Assembly: GCA_039584255.1 (NCBI GenBank)
Contig: JBDGYE010000001.1
Coordinates: 4,228-68,227, forward strand
Direction: 5' to 3'
Source: Gemmatimonadota bacterium
GTDB lineage: Bacteria > Gemmatimonadota > Gemmatimonadetes > Palauibacterales > Palauibacteraceae
Length of the DNA: 64,000 nt
Under the pieces are notes generated by a model, which worked only from the letters and a program-made list of their open reading frames with translations, was not told the origin of the DNA and made no database searches. How positions within the stretch are numbered: the stretch's first letter is position 1; every line of letters starts with the position of its first letter. A program made the position numbers and the translations under genes. Positions 53,385 through 62,064 of the stretch are shown here, in pieces.

Positions 53385-54302
53385 ATGCATGATTTACGTG
53401 ACCCTGGCGGCGACTCGGATAACCGGCTCCTCTCCGGCACTCCGATACCCTTCGCCGGCTGCTTCGCCGACGAGCCCGACCAGACGCTTCCCGTGGCCTT
53501 CGTCGGCCTCCCGTGCGACAGCCAGTCGTCGTTCCGACGGGGCCCGGCCGCGGCCCCGGGGAGGATCCGGCTCGCCTACGACGGACGCTGCTACAACGCC
53601 ACCACCGAGCTCGGGACGGATCTGGAAGGGCTCGTATCGGACGTCGGCGACTGGTTTCCGGGGGAGGGATGGGAAGAGACGTTCGAGGAGTACCGTGCCC
53701 GGGCCGAGGGCCTGTTCATGTCGGAACAGGTGCCGTTCTTCGCCGGCGGCGACCACGCGGTGACCGTTCCCCTGGTCGCCGCCCTCGAAGTCCTCGACGA
53801 GCAGGTCCACGTGATCCAGCTGGACGCCCATCCGGATCTGTATCCCGAGTACGGCGGTGACAGAGGGTCCCACGCCTGCGTGGGGGCCCGGATTCTGGAG
53901 ATGGAGCACGTCGCCTCGCTGACCCAGATCGGGATCCGCACCCTCAACGCGCCTCAGCTCGCGGAGGTCGGCAGGCACGGCGGCCGGCTGGGAGTGTTCG
54001 AAGCGCGAGACATGCCCGTGCGGATGGCCGAGCTCGGTCACATCCCGAAGAATGCGCCGGTCTACGTGACGGTAGACCTCGATGCCTTCGACCCCGCCTT
54101 CGCTCCGGGCGTCTCCCACCCGGTCCCGGGCGGCTTGTCTCCGCGGCAGATCCTGCGGCTACTCCAGGATTCCGAGTGGGCGCTGGTCGGGATGGACGCC
54201 GTCGAGGTGAATCCGTCCCGGGACGAAGGCGACCGGACGTCGATCCTGGCCGCGCGTCTGCTTCACGAGGGGATGGGGCTGGCCGTGGGAACGGGGGACT
54301 GA
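53385..54302 (+). CDS. Ureohydrolase (arginase superfamily), agmatinase/SpeB-like
   Basis: Mn-binding motifs GGDHAVT, QLDAHPD and TVDLDAFDPAFAPGVSHPVPGGLS. The last resembles agmatinase / guanidino-acid hydrolases more than arginase. Confidence 0.85.
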   Translation: MHDLRDPGGDSDNRLLSGTPIPFAGCFADEPDQTLPVAFVGLPCDSQSSFRRGPAAAPGRIRLAYDGRCYNATTELGTDLEGLVSDVGDWFPGEGWEETFEEYRARAEGLFMSEQVPFFAGGDHAVTVPLVAALEVLDEQVHVIQLDAHPDLYPEYGGDRGSHACVGARILEMEHVASLTQIGIRTLNAPQLAEVGRHGGRLGVFEARDMPVRMAELGHIPKNAPVYVTVDLDAFDPAFAPGVSHPVPGGLSPRQILRLLQDSEWALVGMDAVEVNPSRDEGDRTSILAARLLHEGMGLAVGTGD

Positions 54303-54373
54303 TCCCGGCTGTTGTCGGCCGAGGGCGACGGAAACGGCTACCGCTGCGGCACCGTGGCCGCCACACTCCTGGC

Positions 54374-54910
54374 CTATTGCAGCCTCTCGTACAGGCCGTT
54401 GAACTGAACCTCCCAGCTCTCTCCGCCGTCGCCCGACGTTCTCCAGATCTGCCTGACGTCGCCGCCGTCCAGCGGCGCCCACGAGATCTCGTGCATCACG
54501 GGCGATCCGTTACGACCGGGCCGCTCTCCCCTGAGTACCATCTTCCCTTCTTCGAGACCTCCGTACAGCTCGAGAAGCCGACCGACGGTGTCGACCCACG
54601 TCTGATGCCACCGGCCACGACCCCCGTCGTAGATGTTGAAGCTCTTTCCCGTGAAGGCGCTCCCGGCACTGCTCCACTCCTCCATCAGGACACAGCCACC
54701 GAGGATCGATGTGATTCTGTTCGTTCCGGCCACGTCGCCGTCGGCGCCGGTTACCTGCCACTCGCCAAGCCAGAAATCGAACTGCCGGTACTCCTCCTCC
54801 GTGCACCTCGCCTCCTGCGCTGCCACTGACGACGGAGCGACGCCGACAGCCAGGAGCGCCAACCCCACCATCACCAGGCCTCTGAGCCCGACCTTTCTCT
54901 CTTCCCGCAT
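54374..54910 (-). CDS. Hypothetical exported protein (~178 aa)
   Basis: Start MREERKVGLRGLVMVGLALLAVGVAPSSVAAQ (cat 54908..54910). Compact beta-rich domain FDFWLGEWQV...GKSFNIYD...WHQTWVD. The long upstream part of ORF 54374..55855 is antisense to the sigma factor gene and was discarded. Confidence 0.6.
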   Translation of the reverse strand: MREERKVGLRGLVMVGLALLAVGVAPSSVAAQEARCTEEEYRQFDFWLGEWQVTGADGDVAGTNRITSILGGCVLMEEWSSAGSAFTGKSFNIYDGGRGRWHQTWVDTVGRLLELYGGLEEGKMVLRGERPGRNGSPVMHEISWAPLDGGDVRQIWRTSGDGGESWEVQFNGLYERLQ

Positions 54911-54929
54911 AGCACCTCTCTTGTGTGTC

Positions 54930-54953
54930 GGAACGCGATGCTGCAGCCTCGTT
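54930..54953 (+). promoter_or_regulatory. ECF-type promoter-like motif upstream of the ECF sigma factor gene
   Basis: GGAAC (54930..54934), 15 nt, then CGTT (54950..54953), i.e. GGAAC-N16-GTT. It lies 120-160 bp upstream of the candidate starts. Confidence 0.3.
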
Positions 54954-55072
54954 CTATCGAGCAACGCTTCATCTACCGAATGTCGCACCCCAGGATCCGT
55001 TCGAGTCTCGAATAAAGGAAGAGCGGGCGTGTATCCCTTCCAGGTAGGACCCCGATCGGGCCTCCGCAGCGA

Positions 55073-55669
55073 GTGAGGAAGCACTTGGAGCCGAAACCCG
55101 ATTCCGAGAGCCGGATGGTTGAGCAAGTGCTGGTCGAGAGAGCGCAGGCCGGAGATACGGAGGCCTTCGGAGAGTTGGTCGGCCGCTACATGAGGCGCGG
55201 CTATTTCGCCGCTCTCGGTCTGGTCGGCTCCCACGAGGACGCTCTGGACCTCTCGCAGGAGGCGTTCGTGCGCGCCTTTCGCGCTCGCAGCACGATCGAT
55301 CCCGGCCGGCCCTTCTATCCATGGCTCTACCAGATCATTCGCCGCCTGTGCTTCAACTTCGTGCGCGACACCCGCACGCGCAGAAGGAAGTTGGAGGCGG
55401 CCGGCGGCTGGCTGGCGGACGAAGTGGGGAACCGGGCGGCAGGGACGAATCCGGAAAGGGAGGCGGAGCGAGCGGAGCTGCGCGAGCGCTTCGAGGCGGC
55501 GATCGGCGAGCTTCCGGAAGCGCAGCGCGAGGTCCTGGTGCTGAAGGAGTTCGAAGGGCTCAAGTACCGGGAGATCGCAGAGCTTCTGGACATACCGATC
55601 GGCACGGTGATGTCGAGACTCTATGCTGCGAGGAAGAGCCTCGCCGCCAGCCTGGGAGATGTCTCGTGA
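55073..55669 (+). CDS. ECF-family RNA polymerase sigma-70 factor
   Basis: Region 2 is DALDLSQEAFVRAF...PFYPWLYQIIRRLCFNF. Region 4 is REVLVLKEFEGLKYREIAELLDIPIGTVMSRLYAARKSL. The start is GTG 55073 or ATG 55115. Confidence 0.85.
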   Translation: MRKHLEPKPDSESRMVEQVLVERAQAGDTEAFGELVGRYMRRGYFAALGLVGSHEDALDLSQEAFVRAFRARSTIDPGRPFYPWLYQIIRRLCFNFVRDTRTRRRKLEAAGGWLADEVGNRAAGTNPEREAERAELRERFEAAIGELPEAQREVLVLKEFEGLKYREIAELLDIPIGTVMSRLYAARKSLAASLGDVS

Positions 55670-56127
55670 ACGGAGACCGCTACAGCGAGGAACGCGTCCG
55701 CGAGCTGCTGATGGGAGCGCTCGACGGCGAGTTGACACAGGAAGCGCGGGCAGAGCTCGAGAGGCTGCTGGCCTCGGAGCCCTTGTTGCAGGAAGAGTGG
55801 AAGCGACTCTCGCGGGTGAAGGAGGTGACGGAGAGCATGAAGCTGAGAAAGCCACCCGAGGAGACCTGGGACGGCTACTGGAACAGCGTGTACAGTCGGC
55901 TGGAGAGAAGCATCGCCTGGATCCTGGTTTCCATCGCGGCCATCGTGCTGATCTCCTACGGAGGGTGGCACGGCGTCCAGGACCTTCTCGCCGACGCCGA
56001 GTTGCCGTGGTACATCAAGGGAAGCGTCCTGGCCGGAATCGTGGGGCTGGCAATGCTCCTGGTCTCCGTCGTCCGACACAGGATCTTCGTGAGCCGCTCA
56101 GACCCGTACAAGGATATACAGCGATGA
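55666..56127 (+). CDS. Putative anti-sigma factor (membrane-anchored)
   Basis: GTGA overlap with the sigma gene. The N-terminal RVRELLMGALDGELTQEARAELERLL resembles the anti-sigma N-terminal helix pattern. Two TM helices lie near the C-terminus. Confidence 0.65.
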   Translation: MNGDRYSEERVRELLMGALDGELTQEARAELERLLASEPLLQEEWKRLSRVKEVTESMKLRKPPEETWDGYWNSVYSRLERSIAWILVSIAAIVLISYGGWHGVQDLLADAELPWYIKGSVLAGIVGLAMLLVSVVRHRIFVSRSDPYKDIQR

Positions 56128-56462
56128 TTATCACGCCTTCCGCGGACATTCCCGGTTACCGGGTGGTGAAGTCGTTCGGCCTGGTACGGGGAAACACGAT
56201 ACGCGCCAGACATGTGGGGAAGGACATTCTGGCTGGCTTCCGCAACATCGTGGGCGGCGAGATCGGCGAGTACACGAAGATGATGGCTGAGTCCCGGGAG
56301 CAGGCCATCGACAGGATGACCGCCGAGGCCGATAAACTAGGAGCCAACGCCATCATAAACGTTCGCTTCATGACATCCTACGTGATGGGCTCGGCCTCCG
56401 AGATCCTCGTGTTCGGGGATGCGGTGATCGTGGAGGAGGAACCGGAGGTGTCCGGGTTCTGA
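56124..56462 (+). CDS. ybjQ: YbjQ family (UPF0145) protein
   Basis: IPGYRVVKSFGLVRGNTIRARHVGKDILAGFRNIVGGEI.EYTKMMAESREQAIDRM...A..LGANAIINVRF is the conserved YbjQ sequence. ATGA overlap with the anti-sigma gene. Confidence 0.85.
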   Translation: MIITPSADIPGYRVVKSFGLVRGNTIRARHVGKDILAGFRNIVGGEIGEYTKMMAESREQAIDRMTAEADKLGANAIINVRFMTSYVMGSASEILVFGDAVIVEEEPEVSGF

Positions 56463-56545
56463 CCGGATCGTCGCGACCCTTTCACCACCGACATAACCAG
56501 AGAACCAGGTCTGTAGGGGCCCGCGCGTCGCGCGCGAGAACCGAA

Positions 56546-57013
56546 ATGGAGAATACGATGCTGAAGAGGGCACTCGCGACGCTCATGCCGGCGACCTTCG
56601 GATGGCTTCTGCTCGCTGCTTCGCCGGTGGCGGCACAGGAGTCCGGGTCGGCGGCAGGCGACTGGGAGGGGAAGATCTCGGCCCAGGGAATGGAGTATCG
56701 CATCGCATACCACATTGCGGAGGCGGATGACGGCACTCTGTCGGCAACACTGGACAGCCCGGATCAGGGGGCATTCGGACTTCCGTTCGACAGTATCGAG
56801 ACGGACGGCGAGTCCGTGAGGCTCAGCTACGCCGCGGCCGGCGCGGTCTGGGAAGGCACCCTGACCGAAGACGGCAGGCTCGATGGCGTGTGGCGGCAGG
56901 GAGGCAGCGAGATTCCGCTCGTCCTCCATCGGGTGAAGGATGAGACCGCCGAAGAGGGAGACGAAGCCACTGAGGCCGGGGGCGAAACCACCGAAGAGAA
57001 GGAGGAGGGATGA
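56546..57013 (+). CDS. Exported ~155-aa protein homologous to the N-terminal domain of the downstream hydrolase, with an acidic tail
   Basis: Signal peptide, then GDWEGKISAQGMEYRIAYHIAEADDGTLSATLDSPDQGAFGLPF...VRLSY...WEGTLTEDG.LDGVWRQGG. This parallels GHWLGTLQAGVELRIVFHIERGADGALSGSMDSPDQGAYAIPA...VRLSV...YEGRLSEDGSTLDGIWKQAG. Confidence 0.6.
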   Translation: MENTMLKRALATLMPATFGWLLLAASPVAAQESGSAAGDWEGKISAQGMEYRIAYHIAEADDGTLSATLDSPDQGAFGLPFDSIETDGESVRLSYAAAGAVWEGTLTEDGRLDGVWRQGGSEIPLVLHRVKDETAEEGDEATEAGGETTEEKEEG

Positions 57014-58434
57014 CCGCCGGGGCCGTGGCCCTGTTCGCGGCGCTCATCATGGGAACGGGAACCGAGCCGACCGAGGCCCGTGCGGCCCGGACTCCGCAGG
57101 AGCCACAGCGGGGGATCGAAGGCCACTGGCTCGGTACGCTCCAGGCCGGGGTAGAACTGCGCATCGTCTTCCACATCGAGCGTGGAGCGGATGGCGCCCT
57201 CTCGGGGTCGATGGACAGCCCGGACCAGGGGGCCTACGCCATCCCGGCCAGCGAGGTCGAGGCGTTCGGGGATTCGGTGAGGCTTTCGGTGGCCGCCGTC
57301 GGCGGCGAGTACGAGGGCCGGCTGAGCGAGGATGGCTCGACTCTGGACGGGATATGGAAGCAGGCCGGCATGGTCCTGGATCTCGTCATGGAACGCTCGG
57401 ACGCGGAGGCTCTCGCCCAGCCACGCCCACAGGAGCCCGAAGAGCCGCTCCCCTACGTGGCCGAGGACGTCTCGTTCGAGAATCTCGAGGCCGGAAACCG
57501 GCTTGCCGGAACGCTGACCCTGCCCGAGGAGCCCGGTCCGCATCCCGCCGTCGTTCTCATAAGTGGGTCCGGCCCGCAGGACCGGGACGAGACGGTGTTC
57601 GGCCACCGGCCGTTTCTGATCCTGGCCGATTACCTGACCCGGCGGGGGATCGCCGTGCTGCGGTTCGACGACCGCGGGGTCGGAGGGTCCACCGGCGACA
57701 TCGCTAGCGCGACCACGGAGGACTTCGTCGGCGATGCCCTGGCCGGCGTGGCCTACCTGAAGGATCGCTCCGAGATCGACGACGCGAAGATCGGGCTCCT
57801 CGGTCACAGCGAGGGTGGCCTGGTGGCGCCGCTCGCCGCGAATCGCTCCCCCGACGTGGCCTTCGTCGTCCTCATCGCCGGGCCCGGCCTCGACGGCGGC
57901 CAGATCCTGGAGCTCCAGGTGGAGACGGTCAACCGCACGATGGGCGTGTCCGAGCAGGTGATCGCGCGCCGCGTCGCCGCGCAGAAGAGAATCATGGAGG
58001 TTATGAGGACGACGCCGGACGACAGCGCCGCTGCGGCCCAGCTGCATACGGTCTTCCGGGAGATCGGGGTCGCCGATGAGCAAACAATCGAGAATCAGAT
58101 CCGCCAGCTTCTGACGCCCTGGATGCGGCACTTCATCACGTATGACCCCGCGCCGGCGCTGGAGGAGGTGCAGGTGCCGGTCCTGGCCGTGATCGGCGAA
58201 AACGACGTTCAGGTTCCCCCGGCGGAGAACCTGCCGGCGATCGAGGCGGCGCTTAAAGCAGGCGGGAATCCCGACTTCACGATCCAGGAGCTCCCGGGCC
58301 TGAACCACCTGCTGCAGGCCTCCGAGACGGGCGCCGTGACGGAGTACGCTCAGATCGAAGAGACGATGTCACCGGATGCCCTCCGGGTCATCGGCGACTG
58401 GATCGTCGAGCGGACGAAGGCCGGCGGCGGTTGA
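57010..58434 (+). CDS. Alpha/beta hydrolase (serine hydrolase, S9/CocE-like) with an N-terminal accessory domain
   Basis: Nucleophile elbow GHSEGG, preceded by VVLISGSGPQDRDE. ATGA overlap with the upstream gene. Confidence 0.8.
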   Translation: MTAGAVALFAALIMGTGTEPTEARAARTPQEPQRGIEGHWLGTLQAGVELRIVFHIERGADGALSGSMDSPDQGAYAIPASEVEAFGDSVRLSVAAVGGEYEGRLSEDGSTLDGIWKQAGMVLDLVMERSDAEALAQPRPQEPEEPLPYVAEDVSFENLEAGNRLAGTLTLPEEPGPHPAVVLISGSGPQDRDETVFGHRPFLILADYLTRRGIAVLRFDDRGVGGSTGDIASATTEDFVGDALAGVAYLKDRSEIDDAKIGLLGHSEGGLVAPLAANRSPDVAFVVLIAGPGLDGGQILELQVETVNRTMGVSEQVIARRVAAQKRIMEVMRTTPDDSAAAAQLHTVFREIGVADEQTIENQIRQLLTPWMRHFITYDPAPALEEVQVPVLAVIGENDVQVPPAENLPAIEAALKAGGNPDFTIQELPGLNHLLQASETGAVTEYAQIEETMSPDALRVIGDWIVERTKAGGG

Positions 58435-60290
58435 TCAGGGCCGTCCTCCAGGACTTCCAGCGCACGTGGCCGCAGCTGCTGGCGGCCGACCTGCTGGCGC
58501 GCGCAGTCGCCTTCATCGTTCTGACGCCGTCGGCCGCTCTTATCCTCAGGCTCCTGATCCGGCGGTCCGGCAGCCAGGTCATCGCCGATCAGGACATCCT
58601 CCATTTCCTGTTGACACCTCTCGGGGTGGTCACGCTCGCGGTCGCGGGCGCGGCTGCACTCGCCATCTTCCTGGCCGCTCTGGCGCTCCTCATGACGATC
58701 GGCCTCGGGGCCACGCGCGATCGCCTCGTGAGCTACCTCGCGGCAGGCCGCTTCGTCGGGCGACGCGCACGAGGTCTGGCGAGCCTTTCCGTGCACGTAG
58801 TGTTACGCCTCCTTCTCGTGGCCGCGCCTTTCGCGGCGGCGATCGGTCTCATCTTCGTCGTCGTCCTCGGTCGCCACGACATCTATTTCTACCTGAACGT
58901 CAAGCCTGCCGAGTTCTGGATCGCAGCGGCGCTGACGGTCCTGGTCCTCCTCGCGGCGGCGCGCATTCTGGTGCCTATCGTCCTCGCGTGGACCTTCGCT
59001 CTGCCGATTCTCCTGTTCGAGGATGCCACGGCGCGCCAGGCGCTGGCTCGAAGCCAGACGGAGACGCCGAATCATCGTCTCCGGATCGCGCTGTGGCTGC
59101 TGGGGTGGCTCGCGCTCACGACCGCCCTCGGCACCGTGGCCTCGGGCACGGTCCTGTGGGTCGGTCAGCGCGTCCTCCCGGTCAGCCAGTCGTTGCCTCT
59201 GATCGCGGCCTTTCTCGCCGGGATCCTGGGGGCGGTCGGACTCGTGAACCTTCTGGTATCGTTTCTCGGTTCCGCCCTGCTGGCCCTGCTGCTCACCCGG
59301 CTCTACACGACGCTCGGGCGCGGGGGCGCAACGGAAGCATCCCTGCCTTCCGACACCCGGCCGCTCGGGGCACGCGCCGAATGGAGCTTCCCGGGGAAGC
59401 GGCTGCTGTGGGGCGCCCTGGTTGCCGCAGTCGCCGTGGGTGTCGGAGCCGTGCTGCTGGTTCGCGACGTCCAGGTCGAGGATACGACGGAGGTGACCGC
59501 GCACCGTGGCTACTCCACCGTCGCCCCCGAGAACACGATTGCCGCTATGGAAGCGGCGATCGCCGCGGGCGCCGACTGGGTGGAGTTCGACGTCCAGGAA
59601 ACGGCGGACGGGGTCGTCGTCCTGCTGCACGACAGCGACCTCATGCGGGTAGCCGGGCTAAGACTCAACATCTGGAACACCGCTCTCTCCGACATCGAGG
59701 ACCTGGACGCCGGCAGCTGGTTCGGGCCTGAGTTTGCGAGCCAGCGCGTCCCGACGCTCGCTGAGGTACTGGAGATCTGCCGCGGCCGCATCCGAGCGCT
59801 TATCGAGCTCAAGCACTACGGCCACGCCGAACGGCTCGAGGAGCGCGTCGTAGAGGTGGTCGAGGCCGCTGGAATGAGCGCGGAAGTGGCTCTCATGTCG
59901 CTGAAGCACGAGTCGGTAAGCAGGCTTCAGGAGCTGAGGCCGGACTGGAACGTTGGCCTACTGGCGGCCGTGGCCATCGGCGACCTCACGCTCCTCGACG
60001 CCGACTTCCTGGCGGTGAACCACTCGATCGCGACGCCCGGTTTCATCCGCCGGGCCCACCGCCGCGGGAAGGCCGTCCATGCGTGGACGGTGAACGACCC
60101 GGTTCAGATGTCTGCGCTCATCAGTCGCGGCGTCGACAATTTGATCACCAAACAGCCGACTGTCGCGCGATCGGTCCTGGTACAGCGGGAGGAGCTCACG
60201 CCGGTTGAGCGGCTGCTTCTCCAGGTGGCGATGGACCTGGGCGTCGTGCCCGGACACGAGGAGGCGCCGTCGAAGCCGGAAGACGCTTGA
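58431..60290 (+). CDS. Glycerophosphodiester phosphodiesterase with a large N-terminal multi-pass membrane domain
   Basis: The C-terminal GDPD domain is VTAHRGYSTVAPENTIAAMEAAIAAGADWVEFDVQETADGVVVLLHD...VHAWTVND. About 7 TM helices precede it. The TTG start overlaps the preceding stop (TTGA). Confidence 0.8.
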   Translation: MIRAVLQDFQRTWPQLLAADLLARAVAFIVLTPSAALILRLLIRRSGSQVIADQDILHFLLTPLGVVTLAVAGAAALAIFLAALALLMTIGLGATRDRLVSYLAAGRFVGRRARGLASLSVHVVLRLLLVAAPFAAAIGLIFVVVLGRHDIYFYLNVKPAEFWIAAALTVLVLLAAARILVPIVLAWTFALPILLFEDATARQALARSQTETPNHRLRIALWLLGWLALTTALGTVASGTVLWVGQRVLPVSQSLPLIAAFLAGILGAVGLVNLLVSFLGSALLALLLTRLYTTLGRGGATEASLPSDTRPLGARAEWSFPGKRLLWGALVAAVAVGVGAVLLVRDVQVEDTTEVTAHRGYSTVAPENTIAAMEAAIAAGADWVEFDVQETADGVVVLLHDSDLMRVAGLRLNIWNTALSDIEDLDAGSWFGPEFASQRVPTLAEVLEICRGRIRALIELKHYGHAERLEERVVEVVEAAGMSAEVALMSLKHESVSRLQELRPDWNVGLLAAVAIGDLTLLDADFLAVNHSIATPGFIRRAHRRGKAVHAWTVNDPVQMSALISRGVDNLITKQPTVARSVLVQREELTPVERLLLQVAMDLGVVPGHEEAPSKPEDA

Positions 60291-60321
60291 GCGACGCCAG
60301 CCGGGCGGCACCGGCGGAGAG

Positions 60322-60735
60322 CTACTCCTGCTCTTCCTTCCTCCTCTTCTCTCTTCTCCCCTTCAGGCTGCGGTGGATCTCCAGCGCCTGGCTTTCCAGG
60401 TAGTCCACGATGACGTCGCTTCCGCCATCACCCAGCAGGTCGGCCGACTCCGGCCGCCCCCCCGGTCGAATCGAATAGAGGCTCAGCCAGCCCTCGAAGC
60501 GCTCTCCGAGCCGGGCCACCTTCGTGAGGAGAAGGCCGCGCCGCTTCCCGCCGAGCAGCAAATCGCCGATCGCGGCCAGGAGCGCCAGCGGCGCCAGGAC
60601 GATGTCCTTGAGCCCGTCGAGGGCGAGCTTGCCCTCGAACACCGCCAGGTCGCGGACGAGCTTCCAGCGGCTGGCGTAAGGTGGAACGGCCGGGAGTTGC
60701 TCCCCCCTCGGCTCGGGCGGTTGCGTCGCGTCCAT
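60322..60735 (-). CDS. Hypothetical protein (137 aa) with one hydrophobic segment and a K/R/E-rich tail
   Basis: The ATG at 60735 lies 14 bp after the MscS-family stop. Translation MDATQPPEPRGEQ...LAPLALLAAIGDLLLGG...GRREKRRKEEQE. No family was recognised. Confidence 0.45.
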   Translation of the reverse strand: MDATQPPEPRGEQLPAVPPYASRWKLVRDLAVFEGKLALDGLKDIVLAPLALLAAIGDLLLGGKRRGLLLTKVARLGERFEGWLSLYSIRPGGRPESADLLGDGGSDVIVDYLESQALEIHRSLKGRREKRRKEEQE

Positions 60736-60749
60736 CGATACGTCCTTGT

Positions 60750-62039
60750 TCAGCCGTGGGCGGCGGCCGCAACGCCCGCCAGCCCTACCTCGTGGATGTC
60801 CTGTCCCGACGGGTGCTGGAACACGCGCAGCCCGAACTCGGGGACAATGGCCAGGATGTGGTCGAAGATGTCCGACTGGATCCCCTCGTACTCGGCCCAC
60901 CTGGTCGTCGCCGTGAAGCAGTAGATCTGGATAGGTAGCCCATCGGGCGTGGGCTCGCGCTGTCTAACCAGGAGTGTCATTCCCTGGTTGATGCTGGGAT
61001 GAGCGCGCAGGTAGGCGAGGATGTACGCACGTAGAGTACCGATGTTGGTGAGCCGATGGGCGTTCACCGGGTCACCGTCCATCTCGGCCAGCGGCCGGTT
61101 CGCCTCCTCGAGCAGGTCCTCCTTCTCTGCGATGTAGCTCTTCAACAGCTCGAACCGCTTGAAGCGCTCCGCCTCCTCCTCGGTCAGGAATCGGATGGTG
61201 CTCTGGTCGATGTGGAGGTCGCGCTTGATCCGGCGGCCACCGGACTCGGACATGTAACGCCAGTTCCGGAACCAGTCGGTTATGAAGGCGTGGGTGGGGA
61301 TGGTGGTGACCGTCTTGTCCCAGTTCTGGATCTTCACCGTGTGCAGCGCGATCTCCACCACGTCGCCGTCGGCGCCGTACTTCGGCATCTCGACCCAGTC
61401 ACCGATGCGGATCATGTCGTTGCTGGCGATCTGGATGCTCGCCACCACCGACAGGATTGTGTCCTTGAACACGATCATCAGCACCGCGGTCATGGCGCCG
61501 AAGCCGCCCAACAGAACGAGCGGTGACTGGCCGAGGACGATCGCTACGATGAGCAACGCCCCCGTGATGTACAGGAAGATCTTGAGAATCTGCAGCCAGC
61601 CCTTGATGGGCCGATTGCGGGAGAACGGGAACTCCTTGTAGATCAGCTCGGCGGCGTTGATCAGCCCGTCGGCCGACCTCATCACGATGAACACGACGAG
61701 GACCATGGCCAGGTCTCGGACCACGTTCACGACGCCAGCCGGCAGCCCGGGAACCAACGTGATGCCGAGGTAGACCAGCGCGACCGGCACCAGGTGGGAG
61801 AGGCGCGTGAAGACGCCTGCGCGGTAGACGATGTTGTCCCAGTCGACAGGAGTGCGCTCGAAGATCCTCTTGAGCGCCCGGAGGATGTACCGGCGGGCGA
61901 CCACGTCGGACAACCATGCCAGGGCCAGGAGAGCCCCGATGGCCGCTACGGTCTCGATCACTGGGTGGGCTTCGAACCAGTCGCCGACGGCCTCGATGAA
62001 CTCCCGGCCCTGCGACGCCTGCACGTATGCATGAATCAT
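60750..62039 (-). CDS. Mechanosensitive ion channel family protein (MscS superfamily, YbdG/MscM-like)
   Basis: TM helices followed by the MscS core LGGFGAMTAVLMIVFKDTILSVVASIQIASNDMIRIGDWVEM...GDVVEI.LHTVKIQNWDKT. ATG 62039 is preceded by GGAG. GTG 62054 is an alternative start. Confidence 0.85.
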   Translation of the reverse strand: MIHAYVQASQGREFIEAVGDWFEAHPVIETVAAIGALLALAWLSDVVARRYILRALKRIFERTPVDWDNIVYRAGVFTRLSHLVPVALVYLGITLVPGLPAGVVNVVRDLAMVLVVFIVMRSADGLINAAELIYKEFPFSRNRPIKGWLQILKIFLYITGALLIVAIVLGQSPLVLLGGFGAMTAVLMIVFKDTILSVVASIQIASNDMIRIGDWVEMPKYGADGDVVEIALHTVKIQNWDKTVTTIPTHAFITDWFRNWRYMSESGGRRIKRDLHIDQSTIRFLTEEEAERFKRFELLKSYIAEKEDLLEEANRPLAEMDGDPVNAHRLTNIGTLRAYILAYLRAHPSINQGMTLLVRQREPTPDGLPIQIYCFTATTRWAEYEGIQSDIFDHILAIVPEFGLRVFQHPSGQDIHEVGLAGVAAAAHG

Positions 62040-62064
62040 TGGCTCCGCTCCCACGGCGCGGGTC

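Noticed and set aside
53385-54302. Reading the ureohydrolase plus OCD pair as an arginase to ornithine cyclodeaminase (Arg to Orn to Pro) route.
   Set aside because: The ureohydrolase motifs (DLDAFDPAFAPG...PGGLS) look agmatinase/SpeB-like rather than arginase-like. The intervening gene has the Cys/Thr dehydratase signature. I kept this as an alternative but do not favour it.
54911-55855. Upstream 315 codons of ORF 54374..55855(-).
   Set aside because: It is antisense to the well-supported ECF sigma and anti-sigma genes, and its translation is low-complexity. Only the 178-aa C-terminal part with its signal peptide looks real.
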